Positions 13,405-26,890 of a DNA stretch of 64,000 nucleotides are shown here, one piece after another. The notes beneath the pieces were generated by a model that had not been told where the DNA came from, ran no database searches, and saw only the letters and a list, made by a program, of their open reading frames with translations. Position 1 is the stretch's first letter; each line of letters opens with the position of its first letter. The DNA is taken from the NCBI GenBank assembly GCA_050613775.1, contig JBODTK010000144.1, positions 310,001 to 374,000 of the forward strand, given 5' to 3'. Source of the DNA: Neocallimastix sp. 'constans' (lineage: Eukaryota). Made by a program: the position numbers and the translations under genes.

Positions 13405-13761
13405 AATAAATAAATTTTAAAAACATCTCTTTTATATCCACATAAATACTTTAACATACGTATAATTAAGTAAAATTAAATTTATATCCACATTAATACT
13501 TTAATATACGTATAATTAAGTAAAATTAAGTAAGTTTAAATCGTACCTTTGTTGAGTATAAAAATATTTATTCTATTAAGTAGTAATCAGTATATATATA
13601 TATATAAATAATTTATATGTAAATATTTTATTATTAAAAAAAGAAATTTTTTTTTTTTTTATAATTATACAATATTAAATAATCCTGACCTTAATTATGT
13701 TTTCTTTATATATATAAAAATAATAATAAAATAATTATTTTGTAATAATAGAATAATCACA

Positions 13762-14440
13762 ATGGGTTTGAAAGGTAAAATAAAGGGTTCTTACTTATAT
13801 ACTCAATGGAAATTAGGTAAATACACTAAAAGAAGAGTTAAGCACTCTAATATTGTAAATTATGATTATGAAGATGAAGAACCTAATTATCCAGTAAGCA
13901 GTAATTCATATCCTGCTTATCATCCAAGTGGAAATAGTGAAAATCATTATCATAACAAAGAAACCTCAAATCAAGGTGTATCTCAAGATGATAACTTCTA
14001 TCATCCACAAACATATAATCGTATGGCTTACTATCCAACAATGGATGAAAAGTAATAGTATACTATAATTATTATTTTATATTTATTTTTTTAATAAATA
14101 AATAAATATATATATATATATAAGATGAATTTTAAAAAATATATATATATAATATGAATATTTTTATTTCAAAAAAATATATATATATATATTTATATAT
14201 ATAATATAAAAACTAATCCCTTATATATATTTTAATGTATTAAATATTTTAAATTTAAATTACAAAATATTCTAGTGAAGAAAAGTAAATAAATAATAAA
14301 TATTAATATTATAATGAAAAAAATTATATAATAATATTTTTTTTTATTAAAAAAAAAAATACTTTATACTAACTTTTATATAATATTTATTTATATATTT
14401 ATTTAAAAATAGCTATGATAACCAAAGACAAAATTACTAA
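13762..14440 (+). CDS. Small hypothetical N/Y/Q-rich protein (~108 aa), spliced; exons 13762-14051, 14276-14284, 14413-14440
   Basis: Coding-like composition. Donor GTAATA at 14052; branch-like ACTAAT (~14212) and ACTAAC (~14368); acceptors CTAG (14275) and ATAG (14412). Splicing keeps the frame and gives ...PTMDENEENYDNQRQNY*. Confidence 0.7.
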
Positions 14441-15563
14441 AAAAAAGTAATAAATTGGTAAAATAATAAGGTCGATTATCAAATTTAAATTCTAATATTA
14501 ATCTACCTCAATAATAGTTTTATTATAATTCATTTTTCAATTCCATCTTTTTTTATATTTTTATAAAAGTTTAATTATAATAGTAAATAAAATCTAATTA
14601 ATTTATATATTATATATATATATATTTTTTTACTAATAGAAAGAAAAAAATTGAAAAATATATATATATATATTTAAAAAATAATTAATATAATTAATAA
14701 AATCTGTTAATATTATTTGTTAAGAAATAATAAAAATAATAAAAAGTATTTTAAATATTTCTTTTTTAAAAAAGAAAAAAGAAAAATTTAAAAAACTTTA
14801 TTATTTCTTAATATATTATAATATTATCATATTTTTTATTTTTACTTGATATATTTAATATTACAATATCATATTTTTATTTATAAACTTTTTTTCTTTT
14901 ATTTTTTATTATATTTTTTAAATTTATTCATTAAATAATATAATTTTACCATAAAAACATATATATATTTTCTCTTTTTATTTATAAGATAAAAAGAAAA
15001 AAAAAAGATATTATTAGTAAAACAAACATATTAATTGTACTTTTTAATATTTCATAATTATAATAATAAAAAATAAATTAATAATAAAAAATAAATTAAT
15101 AATAAAAAATAAAAATAAATTAAAAATATAAAAATAAAATAAAATAAAATAGCAAGTAAAATAAAAAAAAAATAAAAAAAAAAAATAAAAAAAATGAAAT
15201 TAAACGAAGAAAGTAAAATAAAGTAAAATAAAAATAATAATAAAAATAAAAATAATAAGAAGAAACGAGAAAGGAATATATTAAATATTATAAATAATAA
15301 TAATAATATTTAAAAAAATAAAATAAAATAGAAATAAAAAAAAAAAAAGTTTAAAAAAAAATAAATAGAATACAATTTAAATAAATCTAAAAAAACTAAA
15401 AAAAAAATAAAAATAAAAAATAGAACACAATTTAAATTGAATCTAAAAAAAAATAATAATAAAAAAAAAAATGTTTAATTATATATAATCTATTTTTTTT
15501 TATATTTTTAATTATTACTTTTTTTTTTTTAAATAAATATTAATAAATAAAGTTTATTTCTAG

Positions 15564-15596
<33 letters not shown>

Positions 15597-16859
15597 CTGC
15601 TATGTACTAAATTATAAATTTTTATAATGAGAACTATTTAATCTTAATATTTAAAATATTATTTGAACTTTTTTATGTATCTATATATAAATTACTATTT
15701 GTTAAATATATATATATATATATTTTTTTTCTCATGTAATTTGTGTAACAAAATAATTTTTTTTTTTTTTTTATGTCTATTTATTATTAAATTTATATAG
15801 ATAATATTTATGATACACAAACAAAAGAATATTAATAACCTTTAAACCATATTAATTTTAATATTATACATATTATTAAAGATTTAGTTACCTTGTTTCT
15901 AATAATTCTTATCTAATTGATATTAATAATTTATAAAATATATTCTTCTTTTAATCAAGTGAAATACCTATTATTGTTATTGTTATTTTTATTTCTCTTG
16001 ATTTATCATGAATAAAAAACATATTTATATGTTGTCCTACAAATTTTTCAAAAAAAAAAAAAAAAAAAAAAAAAAAAGATCACAAGTAATAATAATTTTT
16101 CATCCATTGAAATAAAAAAAAAAAAATATTATATAAAAATATTATAAAAAAATATCATAAAAAAAAAGATATTTAATGATATAAAAAAATAAAATAAAAT
16201 AAGATAAAATATAATAAAAAAGCCAAAGTAATATTTAATAAAGTTTGATATGTGGTGATTATGTTATCCATTACATTCTACTTTCAAATAAAAAGAAATA
16301 GAATCATGAGATTCAATTTACCATATAACTCTTTTTCAAAAATAAGCTTCTTTTTATTATATAATGATTTCTTTTTACAATATTAAGTTGTAGCTTAGAA
16401 AAAATATATATATATTTTATATTTTTTAAAACTAAGAAAAAAATACACTTCTATTGCTTTATTTATTTAATTATTAAAGACAAAATAATTTCTGATAAAA
16501 GTTTGATAACGCACTCCATTATCTTCTTCTTTTGAACCCATAAGAATTAGAATCAAATCAAGAAATCCAGTTCCCATAGATTTCAAATACCTATATATTT
16601 ATTTAACATTAAAAAAAAAATGTTATTTAAGAACAGTAATTATTTCAAACTTTTAGCTTTATCTATTTATTCATTTATAATTACATGAATATTTTTTCTT
16701 TAAAAAAAAAAAAAAAAAAAAAAAAACACAGAATTAATAAAAAAAAATAAATATTATTTGTTCAATTTGAACATAATAATATTTAAAATAGTAACGTGAA
16801 ATAAAAAGTATTATTCAAAGATAAAGTGTCTAAACAAATTCAGAAAAAAGTTCCTATGC

Positions 16860-18830
16860 AAGGAACCTCATATTCTTATGGATTAGGGTTTGAATTGATT
16901 ATTTGAAAGAAATTATGGTCTTCTCCTTCAGAACCATTGACCCTGCTAGCCTTTCTTACTGCATTTTCAGCGATGACGCTCCTGGTTAGTTTGTGCTTAT
17001 ACCGTCGAAATAATAATCTTTGTCGAATACTAGTCCGAGGCATAATTTTTGAAATGAGAGCTGCAGATCGCACCAAGAATGGCGTTTTTGAATAATCACC
17101 AGAAATGATTTGGTTCATAAATGATACATTCCATTCTTTTTTATAACTTAATTCAATAATGTCTGTATCTCTTCGACCAAGTTATATAATCGGTACCACA
17201 TCATATATATATTTACACACTCATTATTCAGAAATTTACTTAAATTAACACGATTTTCACCAATTAAACTATTCACTACATTATTAGTAACAATACTATT
17301 ATTTTCATTATCTCCAATATTAATATTTCTATGTTCTCTATCACTAATTCTACTATTATAAACAATATTATTTCTATTGTTATTATTATAAATATTATAA
17401 ACTTCGTTACTTCTCTTAGAGTCTATACTTGATTCTTAATTATTCCATATCTGTTACAACAGTGTTTGATATTGGACAATATTTAGAAATTCAAGAAAAT
17501 TTTCATAAAGAACTTCAATATCCTTAAAATATTTCATATGAAATTCACGAATAAGATAGCATTTAGAAAACCAGTGTTCTAATCAAGGATTGTTACTATT
17601 TTTTCTAGAATTTATTTCCATATCTGGAACGAAGTACCCATGGGAAGTCAATGTTAAATTCAAGATACTTAAAAGTTTAGCTTTAGGTAGTTTCTAGTTT
17701 TTTTTTTTTCAAATTTATTTTTCTTATAAACCTTAGTCTTGATTGATTTTCCTGCAATATCTCTATCCCAGTAAAAGTGTATAATTACTTTTTTTTTTTT
17801 TTTGATGGAAATTTATCTAATTTTTCAGCTAAAATTTTACTTTCTTTATCCCATGAACGACATATACAACGCTATATATCTCTTAGTAAATTAAAGATAA
17901 TACATATCGAGTTTTTCCATTTTTTTTAAAATTCTTTACCTGAGCAATCGCACATTTCACCGAAAGAGGAGAAATGTTAAGTTCTTTAGAAACACAATAA
18001 AAGAATGTAAAGCTATTCCCATTAGAAAATGTTTCAATCTAGTATAATCCTGAATTAAATAGTATCTGTATACTTCTCGTTTTTTCTTTATTCGATCCAA
18101 GTAGAGGTGCATAATACGAAATTTTCCTCATTACTATAGCTGAAAATAACATTTGTTCAAAAGGGATAGGAAATATGAGGATTCTTAAGAAATCTTTTTA
18201 TAGAATAAAGTGCTTTTCTAACTTTATTATTCATTCTCTGTATGATCGGTTTCAATTCTAAATCATTTGAAAGCGGTACTCTTAAGTAGTTATAGCAATT
18301 CTTTTTAGGTAACTCTTAACTTGAAAGATAAAAGGTAGGGTTATTATTATTAAAAAAACTTGAAACTTCCCCTCATACTACTAAACTGGCACATTTATTG
18401 ATACTAAATTGCGTTTCATTATTTCTTGCCTATTTACTTACAAATTTTAATAATTTATTTAGTTGAGATCTTGTTAAAGCACATAGCATAATGTCATCCG
18501 CAAAGAGACCTCCACAATATATCATCAATAGAGATTCCATATTTATGACATTTATTAAAAATGTCATTAATGAACAAGTTAAATATAATTGGTAAGAGGG
18601 TACAACCTTGACGAACAACTTTCTTAATACTAAATGATTCTGATAATTGCCATTTATAACATTTACTGAATTAATTGAACTGAGATTTACTGTGTTTGTA
18701 TTATTGGATGTGCTGTTGGATATTAAATTTTGTTTTAAATGCTGAAAAGAAACCTTACGATTCCATTTGGAACATCTACAATATGAAATTTTAACATCTA
18801 ATATTGCTTTTTTCAAATACTTTTTCTTTT
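16860..18830 (-). mobile_element. Degenerate LINE (non-LTR retrotransposon) ORF2 relic, RT to C-terminus
   Basis: RT catalytic-motif region YCGGLFADDIMLCALTRSQLNKLLK (ORF 18430-18816). C-terminal KTPFLVRSAALISKIMP..LLFRRYK..RSVIAENAVR (ORF 16876-17118) aligns by eye with the C-terminus of the 19355-20302 ORF. Many stops and frameshifts. Confidence 0.85.
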
Positions 18831-18870
18831 TTTTTGTTGATTGAAATTTGGAGTATATACTTTAATCTTG

Positions 18871-18872
<2 letters not shown>

Positions 18873-18912
<40 letters not shown>

Positions 18913-20740
18913 CTAGGAGAATAACTTTATTTAATTTATAATAATAATAATAAAATTACATGATTTAAATGAAAAAATAACAAATAAAATACATGAAATA
19001 AAATATTATATATTATAAAATTATAAAAGTGCGTTAGAAGCAATAGCCTCTAACTTTTCCCATTCATCGATGATAACTTTTTTTTTTTTTTTTAGACAGG
19101 GAAGAGAATACACTTCCAAAACTTTATTAAATTTTATTTTAAAAAATACATGTAGGTGAAAAGTACATTAGAAATTAAAAATAAAAAATTAAAAAATAAA
19201 AAAATAAAAAAGCTCGAAAATACTATGTATTTCGGCAAGTTGTACTATGCGGGAATTTTTCCCTTCCTATCAAATAAAAAAGAAATAAAACCTAGAAGTA
19301 ACATCTTTAACATAGATAGTGTGGTGTCCACTATACTCTCCCCGGATTCATCATTTATTGAACTACTAGGGCGAGATTCATCCTTCGTAGAAATAGATGA
19401 CGATCCTGTATTAGCAGCCTTATCAGTACGACGTCGACGCTCTTGGATAAGTTTGGTATTTTGCAATACCTATCAAATAATAGCTCAAACGAACTACTAA
19501 TGATAGGTATTGCACTTGTTAAGAATTCCGCCAAGCCCACAATTTTTGGAACAGGTGACTCAGATGAACCTTTGAAAAGTAGTTCATTTAATTGTCTCTG
19601 TTCTCCACTGTCGAAATGTAGCTCATTTAAAACTAAAGTCCCACCAAGAAGGAACAAGTATATATAATAATTGATATAATCTTCAAAATTAGAAATAGAG
19701 TCATAGGAAGAAAGAGGATTAAACACTCTAATCTTCCTAAGGAATAAAACATAGAGATCATCGATGAAATTTAAAGAATTCCATCTAAAAGATGCAAGAG
19801 CATCGCATTTAAAAATCCAATGTTCAAAAGATTGTTTATCTTCGCCACAACAGGGGCAATACTTGGGACAATCTTCTGAAACTCTACCCATTCTAATAGC
19901 AATAGTAGTATTGTATTTATAACCACAGCGTAAACGTATAATCCACGAAAACCCTAAGTTGAATTGGGGATGTTTTAAACTAAGCATAATTATAGCTTTA
20001 TTGTTTGAGAACTTATTACAATCGTAATTTTGACCTTTAATACCTTGAAATTTGGCAACTGATTTCCAGTAACGTTCTAAAATATCGTCATATTTTTCAC
20101 ATATATATTTTTTGATTTTTTTATACAGTGTTCTAGATTCTTTAGTCCAGGAATAATGATGCATTTTGGGAATAGATTTAATAAGATCCTTTATAATACA
20201 GTTTGATTTACTCCATTTTGCAAATGATTTAATCTGTAAGGCTGCGCAGACACCAGCAATAGGAGGAATGCTTAGATCTCGAGATAAAGCATAAGTACTC
20301 ATAGTAGAATTATGTCTAATATAGTCATTGTCTTCTGAACTTGTTTTACCATTTTTAGAGAAGGAGCCGATACACCAAAATAGACCAGTATTAATTAATG
20401 TTTGAATTCTGGCCGTTCTAGATTTGCTTGAACCAAGTAAAGGAGAATAATAAATTACTTTACTAATAACAAAGGATTGAAGAACTTTTTCTTGTATGCA
20501 ATAGGTGCAATCCCCACAAAATACGGAACAATTGACGAAATTGAACTAAAAATATTGTCAACTAATTGTCTTTGTTCTCCATCATTAAGTTTAATTTTTT
20601 CATATATTGAACGTCCACAAAGAAGAGCACTCAATATAAAGTAATAAATATTAAAATAATATGAAGATTTTTTCTTTGTACAATAAAATTAAAGTAAAAT
20701 TAACAATTTAATAAGAGATTGATCCATTTTTTTAATATAT
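18873..20740 (-). mobile_element. Older LINE 3' relic split by the younger LINE at 19078-20503
   Basis: 20505-20640 encodes LLCGRSIY(fs)KLNLNDGEQRQLVD, homologous to LLGGTLVLNELHFDSGEQRQLNE. 18873-19075 provides a 3' end CTAGTCTA plus poly(A). Confidence 0.6.
19078..20503 (-). mobile_element. 5'-truncated LINE copy 1 (ORF2 C-terminal region with CCHC zinc finger, 3' UTR, poly(A))
   Basis: ORF 19355-20302 contains CPCCGEDKQSFEHWIFKC, a CCHC motif typical of LINE ORF2 C-termini. Ends CTCTTCCCTGTCTA plus poly(A). Near-identical to 46964-47983. Confidence 0.9.
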
Positions 20741-21716
20741 ATTAAATTAATTATATTTATGAAATGACTTTCAAAATTAATGATAATAATAAATAATAAT
20801 AATAATAATAATAATAATAATTTAAAAAATAAAAATTTTATTTTATATATTTAACACTAAAAAAAAAAAAAGAAATTGGTTCATTTTTATATGGTTTTGT
20901 TTTAATAAAAGTTCAAAATAAAAAAAAAATTTAAAAAAATTTTTTTTTTTTTTTATTTATTAAATTATTTTTTTCTTTTCCAAAAATTTTTTTATTATAA
21001 AAATCACTTATAACAAAAGTTATAACTATTTTATAATAAAATTTTATAATATATATATTTGTTTTTAATAAATAACAAAATTATATTACTTTATATATTA
21101 ATAAATATTTTATATATTTTGTTTGCTATTAATTAGACTATCCCTATTTACCACTTTATATAGTCTATTGCTAAATAATATATCTTTTATAAACTTTTTT
21201 TTATTTTTTTTTTACTACTTGCTTTTTTCTTTTTTCTTTTCTTTTTTTTGTTTTTATATAATTTTTTTTTATTTTTTTTTAATTTTTTTTATTTTTTTTT
21301 TTTTTTGTTTTATTTCTTTAATTTTTATTTTATTTTATTGTTCTTTTGTTGTTGTTTTATTGTTGTTTTATAATATATTTTTCTTCTTTTTTTTTTTTTA
21401 CTACTATTATTTATTTTTTGTTTTATATATTTACTATTTTTATAAAAGTTTTATTTTTACTTTAACTTTTTATATTTCTTTTAATAATTTTTTAAATTAG
21501 TTATTCATTTAATTCTATATTTATTAATTATAATTTAACTAATCAATAAATATTAATTTTCTATTTTTTTTTTCTTTTTGAGAAAAAAAGTAAATAAATA
21601 ATTCATTAATATATTTATGTATATATATATGTTTTCATATATATAATTTGTATATATTATTTCTTTATATATGAGCTTTTAAGCTATTGTTATTATGTTT
21701 AAATAAATTAAATTAT

Positions 21717-22359
21717 TTAACAGCAGCAACTGAAAAGTCTCTTGAAGACTTTTAAAACAAAATTAATATAATATATATTATATATAAACAAAATAACAAA
21801 TTAATTAATATTCTATAAAAAATTTTATTCTTAATTTTATTTCTAGTGTTTTTAATTAAAAAGTTAAAAAAAAAAAAAAAAACTTACAGGATTTCTTTTG
21901 TTTCTTTTCCTTCTTTTGACTGGTAGTCTTAGTAGCAGCACTATCAGTATTAGTAGCAGCTGGAGTTACAACCTTAGTAGCAACTTCCTTTTCTGTAATA
22001 TCAGCTTCAAATGTTTCACTCTTAAGGGAAGAGTCATCAGTATCTAAAACCTTCTTTACAATCATAACATGACCATCTTGATCAACAATAGTTTTATCAG
22101 AATCAACAGAGGTCCAAATGTTACCGTTTATTAAAAATTTGTAGCTAATGGTAGTACCTGGACGGACACTAACATCAGCAGTGTACTTGCTACCATCTTT
22201 GGCTTTTTTCATATCAAGCCAACCACTCCATGAACCGAAATCTCCAATTACACGAATAGTTTTAATTTCTTCTGGAACCTTACCTGCAATAATTGGAAAA
22301 TCAATAGTGTAAGTAATGAATTTAGAACTCTTCTTAATAACTTCGTGTTCAACAGCCAT
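21717..22359 (-). CDS. CBM48/AMPK-beta-type glycogen-binding domain protein (167 aa) with polybasic, Cys-terminated tail; exons 22359-21888 and 21748-21717
   Basis: VIGDFGSWSGWLDM...ISYKFLINGNIW matches the CBM48/AMPK1_CBM pattern (GxFxxW...YKFxxxGxW). Donor GTAAGT at 21887 and acceptor AAAG at 21749 give the in-frame end KKEKKQKKSFFKRLFSCCC*. Confidence 0.88.
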
Positions 22360-24067
22360 TTTATTTATTATATCTATTTTATTTATTATATTTAAATAAG
22401 TAAATAACAATTAATATTAATATATTATGTATATAATTTTTTTATTGCTATTTTTTATTTTTTATTTCTATTTCTTATAATAATAAAAAAAAATTTATTG
22501 TAAAAATAATTTTCTTTTTATTATAATGATTATATGTACTATTGTTGTCATTTATATTCGAAATATATTAAACATATTTCAAGAGTTGTACAAAAAATAT
22601 AAAAAAAATAAAAAAAATTAAGAACTTACAATTTATTTGTTATTCTTTAAAAATAAAGTTTTATGACTTAAATTAATTAAATAGTATAAATTTAATTATT
22701 ATGTTTATTTCTTGTTGTTTAAAAAAAAAAAGTATAATTTTTTCTTTAAAATTTTAAGTAATAATTATTTTAAAATATTAAGTTTTTCTTTGTTTTGCTT
22801 TGTTTTTGATAAAAAAAAATATAATATTAATCTTTTATAATAGTTTAAATAGATAGATAAATTTAAATTAGTTTATTATAAAAGAAATGTTTCAAATAAC
22901 AAAATTGAATTATAAATTAGATTATGGATATATTATATTTTAAATAAAATTAATTTATAATTTATATAATAAATATTTTATATAAAGAAATAATAAAAAA
23001 ATAATAGTATTATGTTTTTTTAAAAAAAAAAAAAAAAAAAAAGATTAATTTTTTTTAGTTTAAATGAAGTAAAGAGAAAAAAAATTTATTTTCTTTTCTT
23101 TTATTTTAAATATATTTTTTTTTAATTTAAAATTTAAAATTTTTAAACTAAAAAAATTACTATATATATTGTAGTATATTCCATTATATTATTATATATA
23201 TTCATAAACAAATGAAAATATACATCCATGTATATTAAGATTGATTTAATTAAAAAATGATATATTAAATATCTTTATTTTATTTTATTTTTTTTTTTTT
23301 TTATATTATTTATTACAACCAACAACTTAAAAAAAAGAGAAAAAAAATGTCACACAATAAAAAATTCTTTATATTAGAATCGATTTGATATATATAGAGA
23401 ATTTTATATAAATCTTATTATTATTATTTATTTATTATTTATTATTTATTATTTATTATTTATTTATTATTATTTATTATTTATTATTATTATTTATTAT
23501 TTATTTATTATTATTTATTATTTATTATTATTATTTATTATTTAATTAATCAATTATTTATTATTTATTATTTATTATTTATTATTTATTATTATTATTT
23601 ATTATTTATTATTTATTATTTAATTAATCAAATTTTAAATAAAAAGAAAAAGAAAATAAGAGAAAAAAAAATTAATATAAACATATATATACATCATATA
23701 AAATAATAATTATAATAAAAATGACCATAATTAAATATTTATAAATTACAAATATAGAAAGAGTTAATGAATATGTCTAAAATTATAATTAATTATATAT
23801 TTATTTAAATAAATAATTTAAAAATAAATATAATTAGTTAAAAAATAATACTATAAAATAAAAATGAAAATGGGTTAATAATATATTAATAAGTTCTAAT
23901 AATAAAATATTAGCAATAATAATAATAATAAATAATTTAAAATATTATATCATTATATTTTATCTGTCTTTTTTTTTTTTTTTGACATTTAAATTGCTAA
24001 TTAAAAAATTTTTTAAAAAAAGAAAACATTTTCAAATATATATTAAATATGGTTTAATTAATAGAAC

Positions 24068-24102
<35 letters not shown>

Positions 24103-26852
24103 AATAAAATTAAGATTAAGAAGTAGTTTATCACTAAATCTATTTATTAAAATCAACATAATTTATAATACAAAAAAGTTTATACTAATATTATAATAAA
24201 TATTAATGAAATATATTAAATGAATAATTATTAAAGGAGAAAACATACTTATATGGATTATTAAGGATATAAAAATAATAATTAATTATTAATAATTATA
24301 ATAATATTAACAGAATAAAAAGAAATGAAATAATTATTTTTTAGTAGTTACTTCTATTCTTTTCCTTTCTTCTTACAGACTTAATTATATTATACTTTTA
24401 ATGATAGAATTAATAATTCCAATAAAAATAATAGTAATAATATTATAATAAATGTGTAAACAATTTTATCATTTCCAAAAACTAAAACTAAAATGTAAAA
24501 AGAAAAACAATAGATTTATTATAATTTTTGAATTAGATTAGTCTATCTAAAATACTTTAACAGTTATAAATTTTTCACTTTGAAAATTTTATAATTGTTT
24601 ATCATCTGGAAAAAAATATCAATGTTCTGGTAATTTTTAATAAAAAAATTTTTTTTATAGTTTTTTATATATATTTTATTTTTTTACAATTTTATTATTT
24701 ATTATTTATTATTTATTATTTATTATTTATTATTTATTATTTATTATTTATTATTTATTATTTATTATTTATTATTTATTATTTATTATTTATTATTTAT
24801 TATTTATTATTTATTATTTATTATTTATTATTTATTATTTATTATTTATTATTTATTATTTATTATTTATTATTTATTATTTATTATTTATTTAATATGT
24901 ATTATTATTTATTATTTAATATAATTATATAATTATAATATATATAAATTTATTATATATTTATAAGTAAACTGTAAAAAAAAAAAAAAACAGAAAAATG
25001 ATGAAATTAAATAATATATATTATTAAATATATAATATTATATATAAATATATTATGGTAATATATTAACATTTAACAAGTATAGATTTTGAATTTTTTA
25101 AAATTTTATTAGGAAACAGTTAATGTATTTGTAATTTACTTAAATTCTATTGGCTATAATCTTTTAATTAATTTGAAATTAAAAAAAAAATATTTTTTCT
25201 GTTAAAATGTTTTTTTTTATTTAATAAATTTCTATTTATGGCAACAATTAATTTAGAAAAATATACAAATAAAAAAATAATAATAATAAAAATTAAATAT
25301 TTTTTTAATTAAAATCAATAAAAATAAAGTCAAATAATTATTGAAATTATTTTCAAATCAATGGAACTGAAATACATTATAAATAATAAAAAAATAATAC
25401 TTCATAATTTAATACTCTTTTTATTTTTTTATTTTTATTTTTATGCTCTCTTTTTATTTTTTCTATTTTATTTAAATAAATAATAATAATAATAATTATT
25501 ATTTTGACATTTTAATAGAAGAAAAGAAAAATTATAATAATTAATAAAAGAGTAGATAAATTAATAAAATAAAATAAAATAAAATAAAGAAATATAATAA
25601 AAATTAAATAATTAAAAAATTACATAAGTGTTAAACTTGCTTGTTTAAAAAAAATATTTTTTAAAAAAAAAAAAAGTAAAATAAAATAATAATTTTTACC
25701 TATTTAATATCTTCAGGTGTAAAAGCATGACAAAAGTTTTTTTTTTCTTTTTTTTTATCATTTTTAATCGAAATATAGACAGATGGAAAATTAAAAAAAA
25801 AAAGAAAAGGAAAAAATATTAATAATATAAAATAAAAGTTATATAAATTTTATTATTTATTTTTTATTTTACATATAATAGTAAAATTATATATTTATAG
25901 TATTATTATATATATTTCATTAATGATATAATAATAAATATTATAATTATATATATTCTATTTAAATTCTATGTAAATTCTACGTTAAATTCTATTTAAA
26001 TTTGATGATAAAGAATTCAATATTTTTTTTAGTTTTAGTTGTTTTTTATATATATATATATAGATATATAATATATTATTATAATGCATGGTGTAAAAAG
26101 CCGAGTTAATTAACCTATAAATAATAAAAATAAAATTAAAAATTAAAAATTAAAATATAAATATATTAATATGATATATAATATTAATATATATATATAT
26201 TTAACCCCATTATAATAAATAATAAATGATATTAAAAAAAAAAAAATTCAAATAATAAATTTTTTAAATTATTTTATTTTATTTTATTTAGTTAAAAAAA
26301 TGAATGGGATAGGAATTAAACAAAGAAAATTGAAAAATAAGGGAAATGCCAATAATTAAAAAAATAATAATAATCAAATAAAAATAAAAATAAAAAAAGA
26401 ATTCATTCATAATTAAAAAATTAAATAAAAAAAAATAAAATAAAAATAAAAATAAAATTAAAATTAAAATTAAATTAAATAATATAAATTTAGAAAAACA
26501 ATTATTTAAATAAAAATACCTATAGTAATAAATAGAAAACTTTGCTGTGATATATATTCTTTTACTATAATCTTAAGAAAATATAACCGACTTTTAATAA
26601 AAAGTTAAACTATCTATCTTTTAAATATAAAAAAGTCATAATACTATAATTATATAGAGTGTATAGTATTAATTAAATGAATATATATATATTTAAAAAA
26701 AAAAAAAAAAAAAGAAAAGAAAAAAAGGAAAGAGAGAAAGAAATGGATAATAAATAGAAGTAGAAATAATTTAAATTTTTATTTAATGTAATGTAATGAT
26801 TAAATGATAATATTAATTATTCTATTAAATATTTGTAATTACAAATAATTAA

Positions 26853-26890
<38 letters not shown>

